This document shows, in pieces, positions 11,719 to 25,528 of a stretch of DNA of 64,000 bases. A model generated the notes under the pieces. That model saw only the letters and a list, made by a program, of their open reading frames with translations, did not search any database and was not told the origin of the DNA. Origin of the DNA: Felis catus (taxonomy: Eukaryota); assembly GCF_018350175.1 (NCBI RefSeq), contig NC_058373.1, positions 110,734,001-110,798,000 on the forward strand, read 5' to 3'. Made by a program: the position numbers and the translations under genes. Each line of letters starts with the position of its first letter. Positions within the stretch are counted from its first letter, which is position 1.

Positions 11719-14034
11719 CTTAAAATATGTCTTTTAAAATGTAAGTTCTTGGGCGTGGCTGAACTAGAAGTTATAGCGGAGACGTCACATGCCCTGCACC
11801 TGTATGCGACACCACCGAAGTTGCAGACTGCCATTGGTCTGTTGTTTGGGAAACTCAAAAAACACCAGTGGAGTTGCTGTAGGTAGTATGATTTTCCAAA
11901 ACGGTGAAGACTGTAAAATTCTACACAAAAGAAAGTACAGTTTTCTCTCTGTTTACATAGTAGTTGCTTTCCCGGGAGGAGGTGGCTAGTTATGCTGAGC
12001 AAGTGAGAGTAGACAACAAAACCCAGTGTGTTCATGTGTAAAGTGGGGTTAAGTTTCAAGGCTCAAAGCACCACATAGTAGATTGTTTTACCTATAGAAA
12101 TGCTTCATGGAACATTGAAACATCGTGTGGGATATAGGATAGTTCCCACAGAGCTTTCCAGCACATTGGTGGAAGACTGTGGGTCTTCCTGACTTCTCCT
12201 TACTAATGTCCTAGTATTTCTCCCTACTAAGGTCCACTAATGGTGCCCTTCCCAGCCCTCAGAAAAACAAAAAAGCCTCCACAGATTTCTAAGACACATC
12301 CTGGAAGGTGGTAACACCCCTATTGAGAACCCAGTGCTGTAAAGGAAGAGAACAGAGAAATTCCGAAGATTCCTATGGAGAAAACAAGGAAAAAGTGTGG
12401 GGAGTACAGAAATGAACCGACCAGGGTTAAAACAGAAGATAGAAGGCAAAGAGCCCCGCGCAACATCTGATGGGTGGGACCACTGTGTGTGCGTGTAACC
12501 GGAGGGATTGTTCAACGCATCCCAGAGACCCCAGTGGAGGCCCCACCTGCTCCTTTAGGGTTCCACCATCAGCCGGGATCAGAGAAGAGCCCCTTTTCAG
12601 GTGTCCACCATCATCTGCATCGAGGGCCCCTAAGTTTGTAGGACATTACTCACACTGGAGGTGAAGCGTGGGGAAAAGGAGCTGAAGGGCCATACGGTGT
12701 TCTCTTTTGGATCGCTACACCCCAATAGTTGGGCCTCTCTTCGTTTAAGGATGAGAGAAAAATCTTAGGCCTTACTGGGACTATCTGATAAAAACTAGAA
12801 ACTTCAAAGTGGCCTCATTTCTTTTTTAAAGGAGGCTTCATTCAGGAAGCTCTATGTCACACCTAACATATCTTTTAAACTTCTACCCCTGGGCCTTTGC
12901 ACCCACCGTCTGCCTTGTTGGAATGCCATTTCCCCAGCTGGAAGCCTGTGTATCACCTGTCCCACTACCTTCCTGAAGTCTGGAGTTCTGAGCCGAGCCC
13001 AAGGAGAATTTTCTTCTTCTTCCTCCCTGGCATGACTCTGTCTCTTATGGCTTGGGCACTCATCAGACTCACATGTGCTGCATCTTTTATGAGGCTCTTT
13101 TCTCTCACTAGTTACTTTCTTTTTTTCTTTTTTTTTTTTAATTTTTTTTTCAACGTTTATTTACTTTCTTAAGGGCAGTGACTAATGCGGATGCTTGGGT
13201 TTCTTTGTATCTCCCCACACCACCTAGCCCAGTGGCTCCATCAAAGTATAAATATTTTGGATTAATTCGATAGGAATAAAACTTTGTAAATGCTCCCACT
13301 TGAAATATGGCAACTTTACCTCCTGAGGTCAAACCAAGCTTTCACCTCACTGGGAATTCATTGCTGACATTTCCAGGACTTCCCTTCTTCCTGTGAGAAG
13401 CCGAACAATTAGCCACTACTTTAGACGATAGGGCATTGATTTTGCCTAAGTGAATATTGGAAATAGCTTCCAGGAAGAGAAAGCTGCAACGATCTGAGTC
13501 AGGCAGGCAGTGGGCAGGTGAAGAAGGCAGTGCATCCATCAGCCGTGGCCTTAAGGAGGCGTGGCCTCGAATCCCTTCCGAGGAGGAGGAAGCCAGTGTG
13601 AGTCTCTTCAACTTCTGGAAGGGAGCTGTCAAGAATTATCATCCTCAGACTTTGTAACCTGCTCCCTGCTCACATTTCCAAGTCTAAGTATCTCTGTGAA
13701 TCATTTCAGACACGGGGGGGTGCACCTGTGTGTGGTTTCACTAACCGCACCCCCCCGCCCCCGCCATGGTAAGAACTTTCAGAAATCTACTGAACTACGA
13801 GAACTTCATTTTAGTTTATTGGGAGGGTTTTTTGTTTCGTTTTTGCTTGTTTTCTGGCTTTGTTTGTTTGTGTTAGTATCACAGGCCCTGGATTTGATGT
13901 TTCAAGAGGGTCCGTGATCTTGTCCTGTGACCTCGTTCAACCCTCAGGTTAGGGATCCCTGTGTTACAGTCTCTTGGCAGCCTGAACTTTCCCTCTTGGC
14001 ATTTCTAAAAGTGTGTTAAAAAAAATCTGTTTTT

Positions 14035-14077
14035 TTAAGGTTGTTTATTTATTTTGATTTTTTAATGTTTATTTATT

Positions 14078-14111
<34 letters not shown>

Positions 14112-14269
14112 TGCAAGTGGGGGAGGGGCAGACAGAGGGGGACAGCGGCTCTGAAGCAGGCTCCTAGCTGACAGCACGGAGCCCAAGGCAGGGCTCAAAC
14201 TCACCAACTGTGCGATCATAACCTGAGCCAAAGTCGGACACTTAAGCAACTGAGCCACCCAGGCGCCCC
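14035..14269 (-). mobile_element. Can-SINE
   Basis: Reverse SINE with (GA)n tract. Confidence 0.92.
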
Positions 14270-14424
14270 CCAAAAACAATCTATTTTCTAATTATTTGTT
14301 TAATGCCTCTTTCTTTTGCTGAGCTGTATGCTCCATGCAGACGGGTGGCCAGGTCTGGTCACCATGGCGTTGTTGGTTCCTAGCACAGCAGCATAGTGGG
14401 GCTCAGTGAATACGTGTCGAGTGG

Positions 14425-15190
14425 GGAAATAGTCTGGAAGTTCCTCAAACAGTTAAACATAGACTTACCGAATAACCTGGCAATTCCACTCCTAGGTATA
14501 TACCCAAGAGAATTGAAAACATATGTCCATACAGTAACTTGTACATGAATGTTCACGACAGCATTATTCATAACAGCCCCAAAATTGAAACAAGCCACAT
14601 GTCCATCAACTCATGCGTGGATGAATAAAATGTATTCATACATCCATACAATGGAATATGCAATAAAAGAGAATGAAGTACTGATAGGCACTGCAACATG
14701 GGTGCAACACAAGGCCTTGAAAACACCGTGCTAAGTGAGAGAAACCAGACACAAAAGGCCACATAGTGTGTGATTTCAGTTACGAAATGTCCAGAATAGG
14801 TAAATTGTAAAGATATAAAAGTTTTGTAAAGATACAAAAACCTGTATGAGGGGTTTTGTTATGTTGGAAATGCTTTGGAACTAGAGAGTGGTTGGGGCGC
14901 CTGGGGGGCTCAGTGGGTTGAGCGTCCAACTTGGCTCAGGTCATGATCTCTTGGTTCATGGGTTCGAGCCCCACGTCGGGCTCTATGCCGACAGCTGGAA
15001 GCCTGAAGCCTGCTTCAGATTCTGTGTCTCCCTCTCTCTCTCTGCCCCACCCCTGCTCACTCTCTCTCTCAAAAATAAAGAAACATTAAAAAAAAATTTT
15101 TTTAATGGTGATGGTTGCATAACATAGGAAGTATACTATATAACACTAAATCGTGAATTTAATGTTATGTGAATTATAACTTGATTTTAA
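14425..15190 (+). mobile_element. Ancient L1 3' end (L1MB-like) with a Can-SINE at 14894-15100
   Basis: 'gcaattccactcctaggtatatacccaagagaattgaaaacatatgtcca'; degenerate ORF2 peptide MFTTALFITAPKLKQATCPST. Confidence 0.85.
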
Positions 15191-15221
15191 AAAATATTGT
15201 CGTAAAAAGAGCACTATGTAT

Positions 15222-15469
15222 TGGGTGCCTAGATGGCTTAGTGACTTTGGTTCAGGTCATGATCTCATGGTTCGTGAGTTCGAGTCTCACATCAGGTGAG
15301 CACAAGCCCCGCTTTGCATGAGCCCTGCTTTTCTCTCCCCCACCCCACCCCCGTGCCCCTCTTGGGATTCTCTCTCTCTCTGCCCCTTGCTCACTTGTGC
15401 CCTCTCTCTCCCTCAAAGCAAACAAACAAAAACCCCCAAAAAACTATATATATGATTGTATTAAAAAAC

Positions 15470-15502
<33 letters not shown>

Positions 15503-15520
15503 GGAGAGAGGGAGAGAGAG
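15222..15520 (+). mobile_element. Diverged Can-SINE followed by (TA)n(GA)n microsatellite
   Basis: SINE head 'gggtgcctagatggct', CT tract; TA/GA repeats at ~15470-15520. Confidence 0.8.
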
Positions 15521-16386
15521 AATGATTCACTGCTGAGAAAGATGCCAACTCAGGGTGAACCAGAGCTGGTCCACCTCTAGGCCTTTCTGGATTTTCCTGC
15601 TAGCCATGGTGCGTGAGAAAAGCTGGGCTCTAAAGGTTGAGCTGTTGGCACTCTGCGTGAGAAAAGGGCGTGGCTGTGATTCGTCTGTGCTTCGGCTGCC
15701 AGCACTCTTACTGGATGTGGTCCATCACCGACATTTTTATCAACTTCAAGAGAGGAAGTTTAGAGAGGCAGGCTATCACCCTATTTTCTTGAAACTGATT
15801 TCTGAAGCATGTCAGATTCACAAAAACATCCTAGATGTCGAGGCCAAGCACATCGTCTTAATCGTATGGGGAGAGGGACAGGTGGTGAATACTCAAGTTA
15901 GAATTTTGATGTATTTTACTGTAGGAGATACATCAGTACTGTAGGAAATACTGTAGGAAATTTGGAAGTTTACGAAAGAGGCCAAAAAAAAACAAAACCA
16001 GTTGGTGTTACCTGGGGCCATGCTTTGGTGCTGTCATGAACCCAGAAAAATGAGCATTGTCTCCCATTCAAACCCTGGTGGAATGGGTGTAGACAGGGGA
16101 ACAGACACTCCCTGTGTTAATATATTCAAGGGCCATCAGCAGTTTGGCTGTACAAGAGGACTTTTGGGGGTTTGTCCTTGCAGATGTATCTCCTCTGAGC
16201 GAGAATGGAGGACTGACATTTCACCAGGTCCTCCTTATCGGGAAGCACAGAAGTCCTGAGAAACACCAATTTGGAAGAGAGAGAAACTGTTTTTGCAGGA
16301 GAGAGGCACATACTATGGGCCTACAATTACCCTCATCACCAGGTCCTGGCCAGGGCCTCTTGGAGGTCAAGACAGACCCACGGTTA

Positions 16387-16775
16387 CATTCATTCATTCA
16401 TTCATTCATTCATTCATTCATTTATAATTTTTTAATGTTTATTTCTGAGACAGAGAGAGACAGAGCATGAGCAGGCGAGGGGCAGAGAGAGACAGAGACA
16501 CAGAATCGGAAGCAGGCTCCAGGCTCTGAGCTGTCAGCACAAAGCCCGACGCAGGGCTCGAACTCACAAACTGTGAGATCATGACCTGAGCAGAAGTTGG
16601 TCGCTCAACCGACTGAGCCACCCAGGCGCCCCTACATGTATTTTTTTAAAGGTCCTAGTCTAGGAGCACCTGGCTGGCTCAGCCCACAGAGCATGTGACT
16701 CTTGATCTCAGGGTCATGAGTTCAAGTCCCATGTTGGGTGTAGAGCTTACTTAAAAAATAAATAAAAAATAAAAC
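16387..16775. mobile_element. Head-to-head Can-SINEs: minus-strand long copy 16387-16632 with (AATG)n tail; plus-strand short copy ~16663-16775
   Basis: Two SINE heads ~30 bp apart; (CATT)n at 16387-16421. Confidence 0.9.
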
Positions 16776-17228
16776 CCCACGTATATGAAAATGTGAAGAA
16801 ATGCACCTCCCCCCCCCCCCGCCAAAAAAAAAGTTTATTGAGAAGTGTGTTGTATTTAAAATGTTTACCTTTGACACTCTCATGCTTTTACCACAGAAAA
16901 TTAAAGGTAATTGTGCTTTTGCAAAAGGCGCTTTTGGGACACAGCTGAAACATATTACACGAAGTGCTCTAGAGGCAGTGATGGAATGTGGGTTGGGAGC
17001 TCTACCCCGAAGGTCGCCTTCTTTCAATCCTGTCATCTGGAGATAATGTCAAAAGCCAGAGTGGGGGGCCCTTTGGGGATTGTGAGGCCAGAACCCCTCT
17101 GTCCCCCCTTGACCCCTGGGTCAGTTCCACAGGCCCCTGCCGCTGCTGCTGTTCTCTTGGGTTGGAGGCAGCGCAGTCTCGGAAGCCGTGCTCTTGTGCC
17201 AAAGCCAGTTCTTATCAAGCCCTTTCTC

Positions 17229-17438
17229 GGGACACCTGGGTGGCTCAGTCGGTTAAGCGTCCCACTTCGGCTCAGGTCATGGTCTCACGGTTCGTGGGTT
17301 CGAGCCCCGCCTCAGGCTCTGTGCTGACAGCTCAGAGCCTGGAGCCTGCTTCGGATTCTGTGTCTCCCTCTCTCTGCCCCTCCCCCACTCACGCTCTGTC
17401 TGTCTCTCAAAAATAAATACATATTAAAAAAAATAAAA
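17229..17438 (+). mobile_element. Can-SINE
   Basis: Full head, body and tail. Confidence 0.93.
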
Positions 17439-18029
17439 TGATGAAGACCTTTGTCTTCAGTCAATAAGCGATTTGCTCTTTAGACCTTAGTTCTCTTCCT
17501 GGCCAATCCTATATGCTTGTTTGCTGCCACCTTGCCCTGCTTGGATGTTTTTGTCGATTTAATTTTTAATTTTGGTCAGCAGCGACAGCCTATTACAAGG
17601 GCAAGGGCAATAATCATGCACTCTTCAGCTGCAAACGACGCAAGTGTTAAGCAGGGCCTCTCTCTGGCCCTCCTAGCTCTTGCTTGTTGAGCTGGCTCCT
17701 GTGAAACACATCGGTGAGGCCTTGGCCTGCTCTGGGCCCCTCATGCGTCTCTCTTCCGGCGGCCTCAAACCCAGATGGGCTACCCTGCGGGGACTCGGGA
17801 ATGGCACTGTGAGCCCAGGGACCCAGTAAAGACTCACCTTGAGAAATGTGGGAAAGGAAGGTTTGGCTTCACTGGGAGCCCTTTAAACATGGGCGAGAGA
17901 ACACGTAACATGGCAGATCATTACAGAGGTCAGCTAGAGTTCCCTGAAGGACTCCCTTGGGTGCTAACTGTCTGTGTGGAGTACTAGTTGTGAATTACCT
18001 TACCACTTCCAACGGTGGCGGTCAGGGAA

Positions 18030-18265
18030 CATTCCAGAATCCCCATCATGTACCAGATATTCCTATAAGCACTTTTCATGGCATCGTCTCATTTCATCTT
18101 CACCACAACCCTACAAGACAAGCCCTATTCTTATGCCCATTTTACAGATGAGTAAACGAAGAGTAGAATGGGTAACTTGCCCCAAATCACATCACTGATG
18201 AGTAGCAGAGCTAGGATTTGAAGACTGGTCCGTCTGATCCCAGAGTTCAGGATCTCAGAGCCCAT
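18030..18265. mobile_element. MIR
   Basis: MIR core 'cccattttacagatgag...gtaacttgcccaaatcaca...gcagagctaggatttgaa'; similar MIR remnants at ~2620-2790, 7770-7900, 20350-20590, 42420-42620, 43370-43500, 48200-48540, 51750-52180 and 53380-53590. Confidence 0.8.
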
Positions 18266-19324
18266 TACTTTTCCAAATCAACTTTACTTTCCTCAGGGCT
18301 TTTGTGGGAACAGGAAGCCAACTTTGCACTGCAGGTAGCAGTGAAAAGAAGGATCCTACAGCGTGGCTGTGAGTACAAACAACAGAGACACGCAAAGCTC
18401 TGGACCTCAGCTGCTCTTAAAAGAGCTGCGAGCGGTGGGCAGGACGCAGGCCTCTGCTCTTGTGGAGACCAACCTCCTGAGCAGGTCACCCAAGGCTTCC
18501 CTGTAGCCTCTTGACAGGGGGCCGAGGTCTGGCAGAGACAGAAAGAGACTCAGGCATCTTGAAGCAGGAAGGAAACTTGATGAGTATTCACCCTCTCATG
18601 TTACAGGCAGGGAAACTGAGGTTTGGGAGATTAAGCAAAGCGCTCCTGCCTGCAAGCATAACCTGGGTCTCCCGGCTTGCATACCAGTTACAAAATGGGC
18701 CGCTTGCCAAATTAGGAAGCCAAGGCTCTGAGAGGTGATGTAATTGACCGAAGGCAGGGACCCATACTCAACTCCCTTGGAGTCTGCTACATGCTGAAGT
18801 CATAGTGGGCTGTGGTAGGAAGGCATTCTTCCCACCCTTGTCAGATGAATGAATCATATGCATCTGCGGTTCCCCAAAACTTGCCTGAGCATAAGAATCA
18901 TATGGGGGCAGGTGTTAAAAATGAAAGCTCCAGTCTGACTGTGGGTCCCACCCTTGATATATTGTTCTCACAAAATCCCTAACCTGTTATCACCAGCTTT
19001 TCATAAACTAAAGGGTGTTCTTTTCAGATTTGATTCTTGCAGGCCCGGACCTGTTGGGATTTTGAGCACACTTCTTAAAACACTGCCTTCCTACCTTTAT
19101 TCTCAGCAAGGCAGGTTGTGTCCTCTAGGTGGCAGAAATGAGCCACTTGTTCTTTCTTTGGGGCTGAGCCTTCAAAATTCCCAGAAATTTAAGGAGAAAA
19201 TAAATACCCAAAGGTGGTTGAAAGGAGGCAGATCTTACAACATACTTTTCTCACTAGGTTGAAATGTCCTCTAAGAGACAGAATAAGAACTCAGGCTCTG
19301 AATTCAAACAGACCCAAATTCATG

Positions 19325-19403
19325 CATCAAATGTACAGCATGGTGACTGCAGTTCACAGTACTGTACTTTTGAAATTTGCTAAGAGAATAGATCTTAAAT
19401 GTT

Positions 19404-19451
<48 letters not shown>

Positions 19452-19613
19452 ACAAGGTAACTATGTGAGATAATAAATGCATCAACTAGCCATATTGTGG
19501 TAATCATTTCACAATAAATATGTATATCAAATCATCACATTGCATACCTTAAATGCCCACAATATTATTTGTCAGTTATATCCCAATAAAGCTAGAAAAA
19601 ATAAATAAATAAA
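19325..19613 (+). mobile_element. L1MA-like 3' end containing (CA)n at ~19405-19449, inserted in a MIR
   Basis: 'ttgctaagagaatagatcttaaatgttctca...gtaatcatttcacaat...aataaagct' then A tail; degenerate TSD aaacag(a)cccaa(a/g)ttcat. Confidence 0.8.
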
Positions 19614-22049
19614 AAACAGCCCCAAGTTCATATTCATTCAATCATCCGTCTTTGTGATCCCAGCAGGCTATTTAAATTCGTCAAACCTCAGTTTCCCATT
19701 CTGTAAAATGGGAATACTAATACCAGTTTAATAGTATTGCTTCGAGCCTTTTATTGCAATTACTAAAAAAATATTTGCTGTTATTATTACCTCAACTGTT
19801 ACTGTTGCTCTCCGAATGGCATATGATTATTAAGTCTAGCAGGAAGGTAGGCTCCTCTTTCTTCAACAGTTGGCTAAAGCTCTCTAAAGAGGCATTCAGC
19901 CCATTCTTTTCCAGGCTCTGTCCTAGGATGACATTTCACATCCTGGAAACCCGTAATATGAACAACACAGAGTCCACACTGGATGGAAGGAAATGTGTTG
20001 ACTTCCTTAATAAAATCAAATCCGCTTCCTCTGAGGTTGGCTCCGGCGGCCGGGAGTATCTCCCCATGGGAAGGATGGCAGGATCTCTTGGCTCTGTATC
20101 CCAAGATCCACCTTCCCCTGGAGATTTCTCCCTAATCCCACTGGTGACCCCACAGGTAAGGAAAGCTGCAACCCTTCCCCACCCTGTGAGAATTTCACCT
20201 CCAGTGTCAGCCTTGGAGGACCTGGGTTTGATTTCACTGAGGGTGTCAGTAAGCTTCTTTACCCCGAGACTTGACGATTCTCTTCTTTTTAGCTTCACCT
20301 GAACTAGCTTGCGATTTCAGGATCCTTAGTTCCTAACTGGAAAGAATAATAACGCTCATAGAGGCTACCATTTTTTGAACCGTTCTTATGCACCAAGTGC
20401 CTATGGATTCTCTCATTCCATCTCCACTGCAGCCCAGTGGGTTAGTTCCGGTGACCGCCCTCGTTCTGCAGATGGAGAAACTGAGGCACTGGGCAGTTAG
20501 GTGATTTGCTCAAAGCCTCAAGGGTGATCAGAAAAGGAGCTTAGGTCTAGAACTCCACAGTCTGACTCCAGAGCTGGATTCCAAATCACATGGCAGTGAA
20601 GGGAGTTGAATGAACATAGAACCTGCCTTCCCACCCCTCTTGTCCCCTGGAGCAGTGATGAAACCTGAGATCTTTAATTGTACCAGTTTCAGCTAAAGGC
20701 TCAACTATAGCCTGGGCTCCCTCTGGCCACCTCGGAGTCAGGTGAAGGTGTCAGTGACATCAGGGAAGAGTTTTCCTCAGGGAGAGAGCCAGGCTCCCAC
20801 AGCACCCTCTATTCCGACATTTCCTCTTTCCCACCTGCTTCCGCCCTCCTCTCCCACAGCAAGTGCCCTTCCTGCTCGAAACACAGGGGACACTCAGTTT
20901 TCTGGGCATGACCCTTTATGAGAGTTTGTGGCAGATGAAGAAGGGGTGTGAGGCACACTCAGCTAGCAGGTGTCCAGCCCAGGTGGGCAGAGGGCCACCT
21001 CTGAGGTCTTCTCTTGCCGGACAAATTGAGTCCAGCCCCTAAGCATGGATGCTGTTCCCTCTCACCTAACCTTTCACCTCATTTTTTCACCCTTGGGGAG
21101 GCAATGCTCCACAGGGCAGGTAAAGACACCGTCCCCGCCCTGGAGACTCAGAATCTGTCGCCATCACCCTGAGGTGAGGAGGAAATTGCAGTGTTGAGGT
21201 TTCTTGCTTCTTCCTCACTGAGAGAGAAGAACCCAACTGTCAACAAACCCCAAAGAATGAACCAAATGGTGCTGGGAGGTTACTGGGCACCAGGGCCCCA
21301 GGTGTGGCAACAAAGGTCATGAGATAGCCCGGGCACAGAAAGCGAAGTGACAAAGGACAGAGGGTAAAGAGAGGAGAAAGCCTGAGAAGAGGGGCGCTTG
21401 AGGGTCAGAGGAGTGAGGCCAGTGTGGGTGGACTCCCCAGGTACCCAGGCTGCAGGGCAGGTAGGACCTGAGGTGAGGAGGGGAGAAGAGAATTAGAAGG
21501 AGGCATCTGAAGATGGGGATCTGTGTCCCAAGAGGCAAAAAAAAAAACCCAAAAAACAAAAAACCCAAACCACCTTTAAAAGAATAGCAAACGTTCCAGA
21601 GAAGCAAGAGGCCTAGCATGCTAAATACGCAGACCCGCTGACCCAGGGCGGGGTGGGGGCTTGCACAGGGGGTGTGGTTGCATGAAGGGTCCAGTGGTGG
21701 GTGGGGAAGCTGCAGAGATTGCTGCTGGTCTGGATTTGTCCATATAAAGCAATTTGCAGAGAAGGCAGCGTGGGAGAAGAGGAGGAAGCCGAGGTAGTTA
21801 AGGAGATATGTTTAAAAGTTTAGTACAAAAGGCTACATAGTGTGTGGTTCCATTTATACAACATTCTGGAAAAGGCAAAATTATGAGGCAGAAAACAGAT
21901 CGGCGGTTGCCAGGGGCTAAGGGTGAGAGGATGTGATTGTGCAAAGGGCTATGAGGGACTTTTGGGGGGTGATGGAACTGTTCTGGATCTTAATTGAGGT
22001 GATGACTGCACGACTGTATACATCTGTCAAAACTCACAGAATGTACACT

Positions 22050-22263
22050 TTATTTTATTTTATTTATTATTAGAGAGAGAGAGAGTGCACATGAGTCAGG
22101 GAGAGGGGCAGAGGGAGAGAGAAAGAATCTTAAGCAGGCTTCGTGTTCAGCGTGGAGCTTGACAAGGGGTTCGATCCCACAACCCTGGGATCATGACCTG
22201 AGCTGAAATCAAGAGTCTGACACTCAACGGGATGCCCAGACTACTGAGCCACCCACGCACCCC
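22050..22263 (-). mobile_element. Can-SINE adjoining an old L1 3' fragment (~21820-22050, +)
   Basis: Reverse SINE body and head. Confidence 0.85.
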
Positions 22264-22337
22264 AAACTGGGGGAGGTGTCAGAATTACATATTACAACTG
22301 CATTAAAAAAAAAGAAAAATTTAGCGTCTTCATTTTT

Positions 22338-22552
22338 TTTTAATTTTTTTTTAAACATTTATTCATTTTTGAGACAGAGAGAGACAGAGCATGAATGGGG
22401 GAAGGTCAGAGAGAGAGACACAGAATCTGAAACAGGGTCCAGGCTCTGAGCTGTCAGCACAGAGCCCGATGCGATGCTGGAACTCACAGACCGCGAGATC
22501 GTGACCTGAGCCGAAGTCGGACGCCCAACCGACTGAGCCACCCAGGCACCCC
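22338..22552 (-). mobile_element. Can-SINE
   Basis: TSD gcgtcttcattttt at 22324-22337 and 22553-22566. Confidence 0.95.
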
Positions 22553-22682
22553 GCGTCTTCATTTTTTAGAACCAATATAAACTTCTTTGCAAATTCTCTT
22601 TCCCATTAAGATTCCATGGGAGAATTTAAACTTGCCAACTAAAGGAAAGCCAGCCTCTTCTACTTTAAAATAGCTTCATTGA

Positions 22683-22902
22683 GGGGGCGCCTGGGTGGCT
22701 CAGTTGGTTAAGCGTTCAACTTTGGTTCAGGTCATGATCTCACAGCTTGTGGGTTCGAGCCCCACGTCGGGCTCCGTGCTGACAGCTCCGAGCCTGGAGC
22801 CTGCTTCCCAATCTGTGTCTTCCTCCCTCTGCCCCTCCCCCGCTTGTGCTCGGTTTCTGTCTCTCAAAAATGAATAAACATTAAAAAAATTAAAAGTAAA
22901 AT
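22683..22902 (+). mobile_element. Can-SINE
   Basis: TSD aaaatagct(t/a)cattga at 22667-22682 and 22903-22918. Confidence 0.95.
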
Positions 22903-24851
22903 AAAATAGCTACATTGAAGTAGTTCAGCCCCTTTTGGATACATATGCGGTCCAGTCCCTGCCCACACTGTTACCTGCTCTCCAGGTGTACCCCTGCTTC
23001 TCCTCTCCCTGCCCCCCTACCTTGTGTGTGGATCTGGGGCAATGGCAGAGGGTAGCTGGTCTGTTGGTCTGGATGCTGGACCTGGTGGTGTCCTCAGTGG
23101 CCTCTACAGAGCTGTCCTTCACCCACCTGGTCTCCTGGGATCCACGGTGAGGCCCTGGCTGCTGGGGCCGCATGGCCCAATGGGCTCATTGGTCCTGTCT
23201 CAGCTCTGCTGGTTCTGTCCATACAAACCTGCCCCTGCTCCATGTCACTGCATGTTTTCCATTTCCCAAGGCCGGTCCACAGGCTCTCAACTCTCCACAC
23301 CCTTCATTCCCTAGCAGCTCCAGAAACTTCTGGGTTTCTCCTGGGCCACACTCCAGGCAAGGGGAATTAGGATGGGGCAGGGAGGACATCTAAAGACTCT
23401 TCCAGACTAAACATACCATATAGTTGTCTCTGCTTTGCTGCAGCCGTCCCAGATAGACTTAGGGATACATGGCAAGGGTGACTGTCCCAGGGCTCCATTC
23501 AGGGAGTGGGGCACAAGCTGTTTCTGTTTCTGGCATGCTCTCAACCTCTGGGGAGGTTTTCCACCTCTTCCCCATACTTCCATCAAGGTTTGACATGAGT
23601 GGGAGAGCATGGACTCCTGGTCTCCCCATCACCCCTCCTCCAAATACCAAAAAGATCGGTACTTCCTCTTTATGTTTTTCAGAGACTTCCTTTTTATCGT
23701 ATCTTTCTCCTTTCCTGCTCTTTGGATTTTATCCTAGATGGTATCCACCTGTCTCTTTCCCTAGAACAATAAGCCTCATGGTGCAGGGAGAGAATGTAGC
23801 TTAATGATAATGGAAATGCTTTGGAAAGTGTTTCAAAAATGGTACCTCCGTTACTGCAGGATCTTAGGAATGAAGCAGCCATTTCCAAGGGAGTGCATTT
23901 GCTGGCATGTTGAGAAACTGTCTTTAAAATGATACAGGTTTTCTAAAGATGGTGGAATTCTCATCCGTTCGGGTACACAGCATATTCTTCGCCTTGGAGA
24001 CTCCTCCTAGACTACTTCCATCACACCCAGTGCTATCACTGTATGTTCTTTTCCTTAAACGGGAAGAAGTCTTATCTCTGTCCTCTCTCCCATTCCCACC
24101 GCTGCCTTAGTTCAGGCCCTAGTATTTCTCACCTGGATTGTAGGAACAGTTTTCTGATTGCTTTCTTTTTACCCCCAGACTTCTTACCTGCTTTCCTCTA
24201 CCCATCCTCGCCACTGGCATGATCCTTCCAAACACATATCAGACTGTGTTGTTCCTCTGCTTAGGACCCTTCTGTTGGGCCCCCATGCCTCTATGACCTG
24301 GCCCCTGCTCTTCACTCAAGATTCACCTCCTTTTCTTGTGAACAAAATCTCTACTCCACTCCCAGCAAACCACGTGTGGTGGACTAGCCGTGCTGTGTTC
24401 GTCCCTACCTCTGTGCCTTTGCACATGCTGCTCCCTCTGGTGGGAGTGTCCCTCCTCACCTTCTTACCATGCAACATTCAGCTCAAAGATCTCCTTCTCC
24501 TTGAAGCCTCCGTCTACTTGTCCCTCCAAGCAAGACTCTATGGTTTGAGTCATCACGATGCGAACTTGCCTCTGTTAGGACACTTACCTCAAAGAATTGC
24601 ATTGTAGCACCAGACTGTGAGCTTTTGGGGGCCAGTGACGGGCTGTAGTAATTTCTGTTTCCCCAGAATGTAGCACATTGCTTGGCCCAAGCCAGTGGAA
24701 TGAGTGAATAATGACCAGCATCAGCCATGGAGTGGGAAAAGACATTGAAGGTCACTGGGTTCAATGTTTCCATTTTCCAGATGGGTCCCAGAGAACTGAA
24801 ATCACTAGGTTGACTTCACACAGGTAATTATTACATAACTAAACCTTGTCT

Positions 24852-25072
24852 GGGGCATCTGGCTGGCTCAGTCAATGGAGTATGCTACCCTTGATCTTGG
24901 GGTTGTCAGTTTGAGCCCCACGTTGGGTGTAGAGATTGCTTAATAAATAAAATCTTTTGTTTTAAAGTTCATTTATTTTTCTTAGTAATCTTTACACCCA
25001 ATGCAGGGCTCAAACTCATGACCCCAAGATCCAGAGTCACATGCTCCTCCAACTGAGCCAGCCAAGTGCCCC
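24852..25072. mobile_element. Tail-to-tail pair of short Can-SINEs (+ 24852-24957; - 24968-25072)
   Basis: 'ttgggtgtagagattgct' on + and 'agtaatctttacacccaa' on -. Confidence 0.85.
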
Positions 25073-25528
25073 AAAAATAAAATCCTAAAAAAAACCCCAA
25101 AACAAAAAAAATCCCAACCAAACCTGGTCCTTTGACTCCAGGTACAGAGCTCTTTCTACTCTCTACAGGGCCTCTAGACACAGGAGAGGGGAGTAGTGGG
25201 GGTCAGGGTGTAGGCAGGGGTCAGTGAGAAGACACCAGAAGCAAAATAACCCCGAGCTGGTATAACTTATTCTCAAGCAGGAAAATGGGTCAACCCCACA
25301 AAGGGGTTTTGTAAAACCCTCTCACCTGTGCGACTGGAGTGATGTACACAATATCAGCGTGAGCAGCTGGCCTCTGAAGTTACAATAACAATGCTGTGGA
25401 GGAAATTTAAATAGAAGCCTTGCTCGTCCACTACTGATTTGTTTGAGGCCCGGCCAGCGTATCTGGCCTGATTACACCACCACCATCACAGGGGTTTGAT
25501 CGCTTTATGTCTTTAAAAACAAAACTTA

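Noticed and set aside
19754..20302. 182-aa ORF with a Leu-rich start
   Set aside because: Non-ATG start beside a MIR remnant; no homology or exon structure recognised
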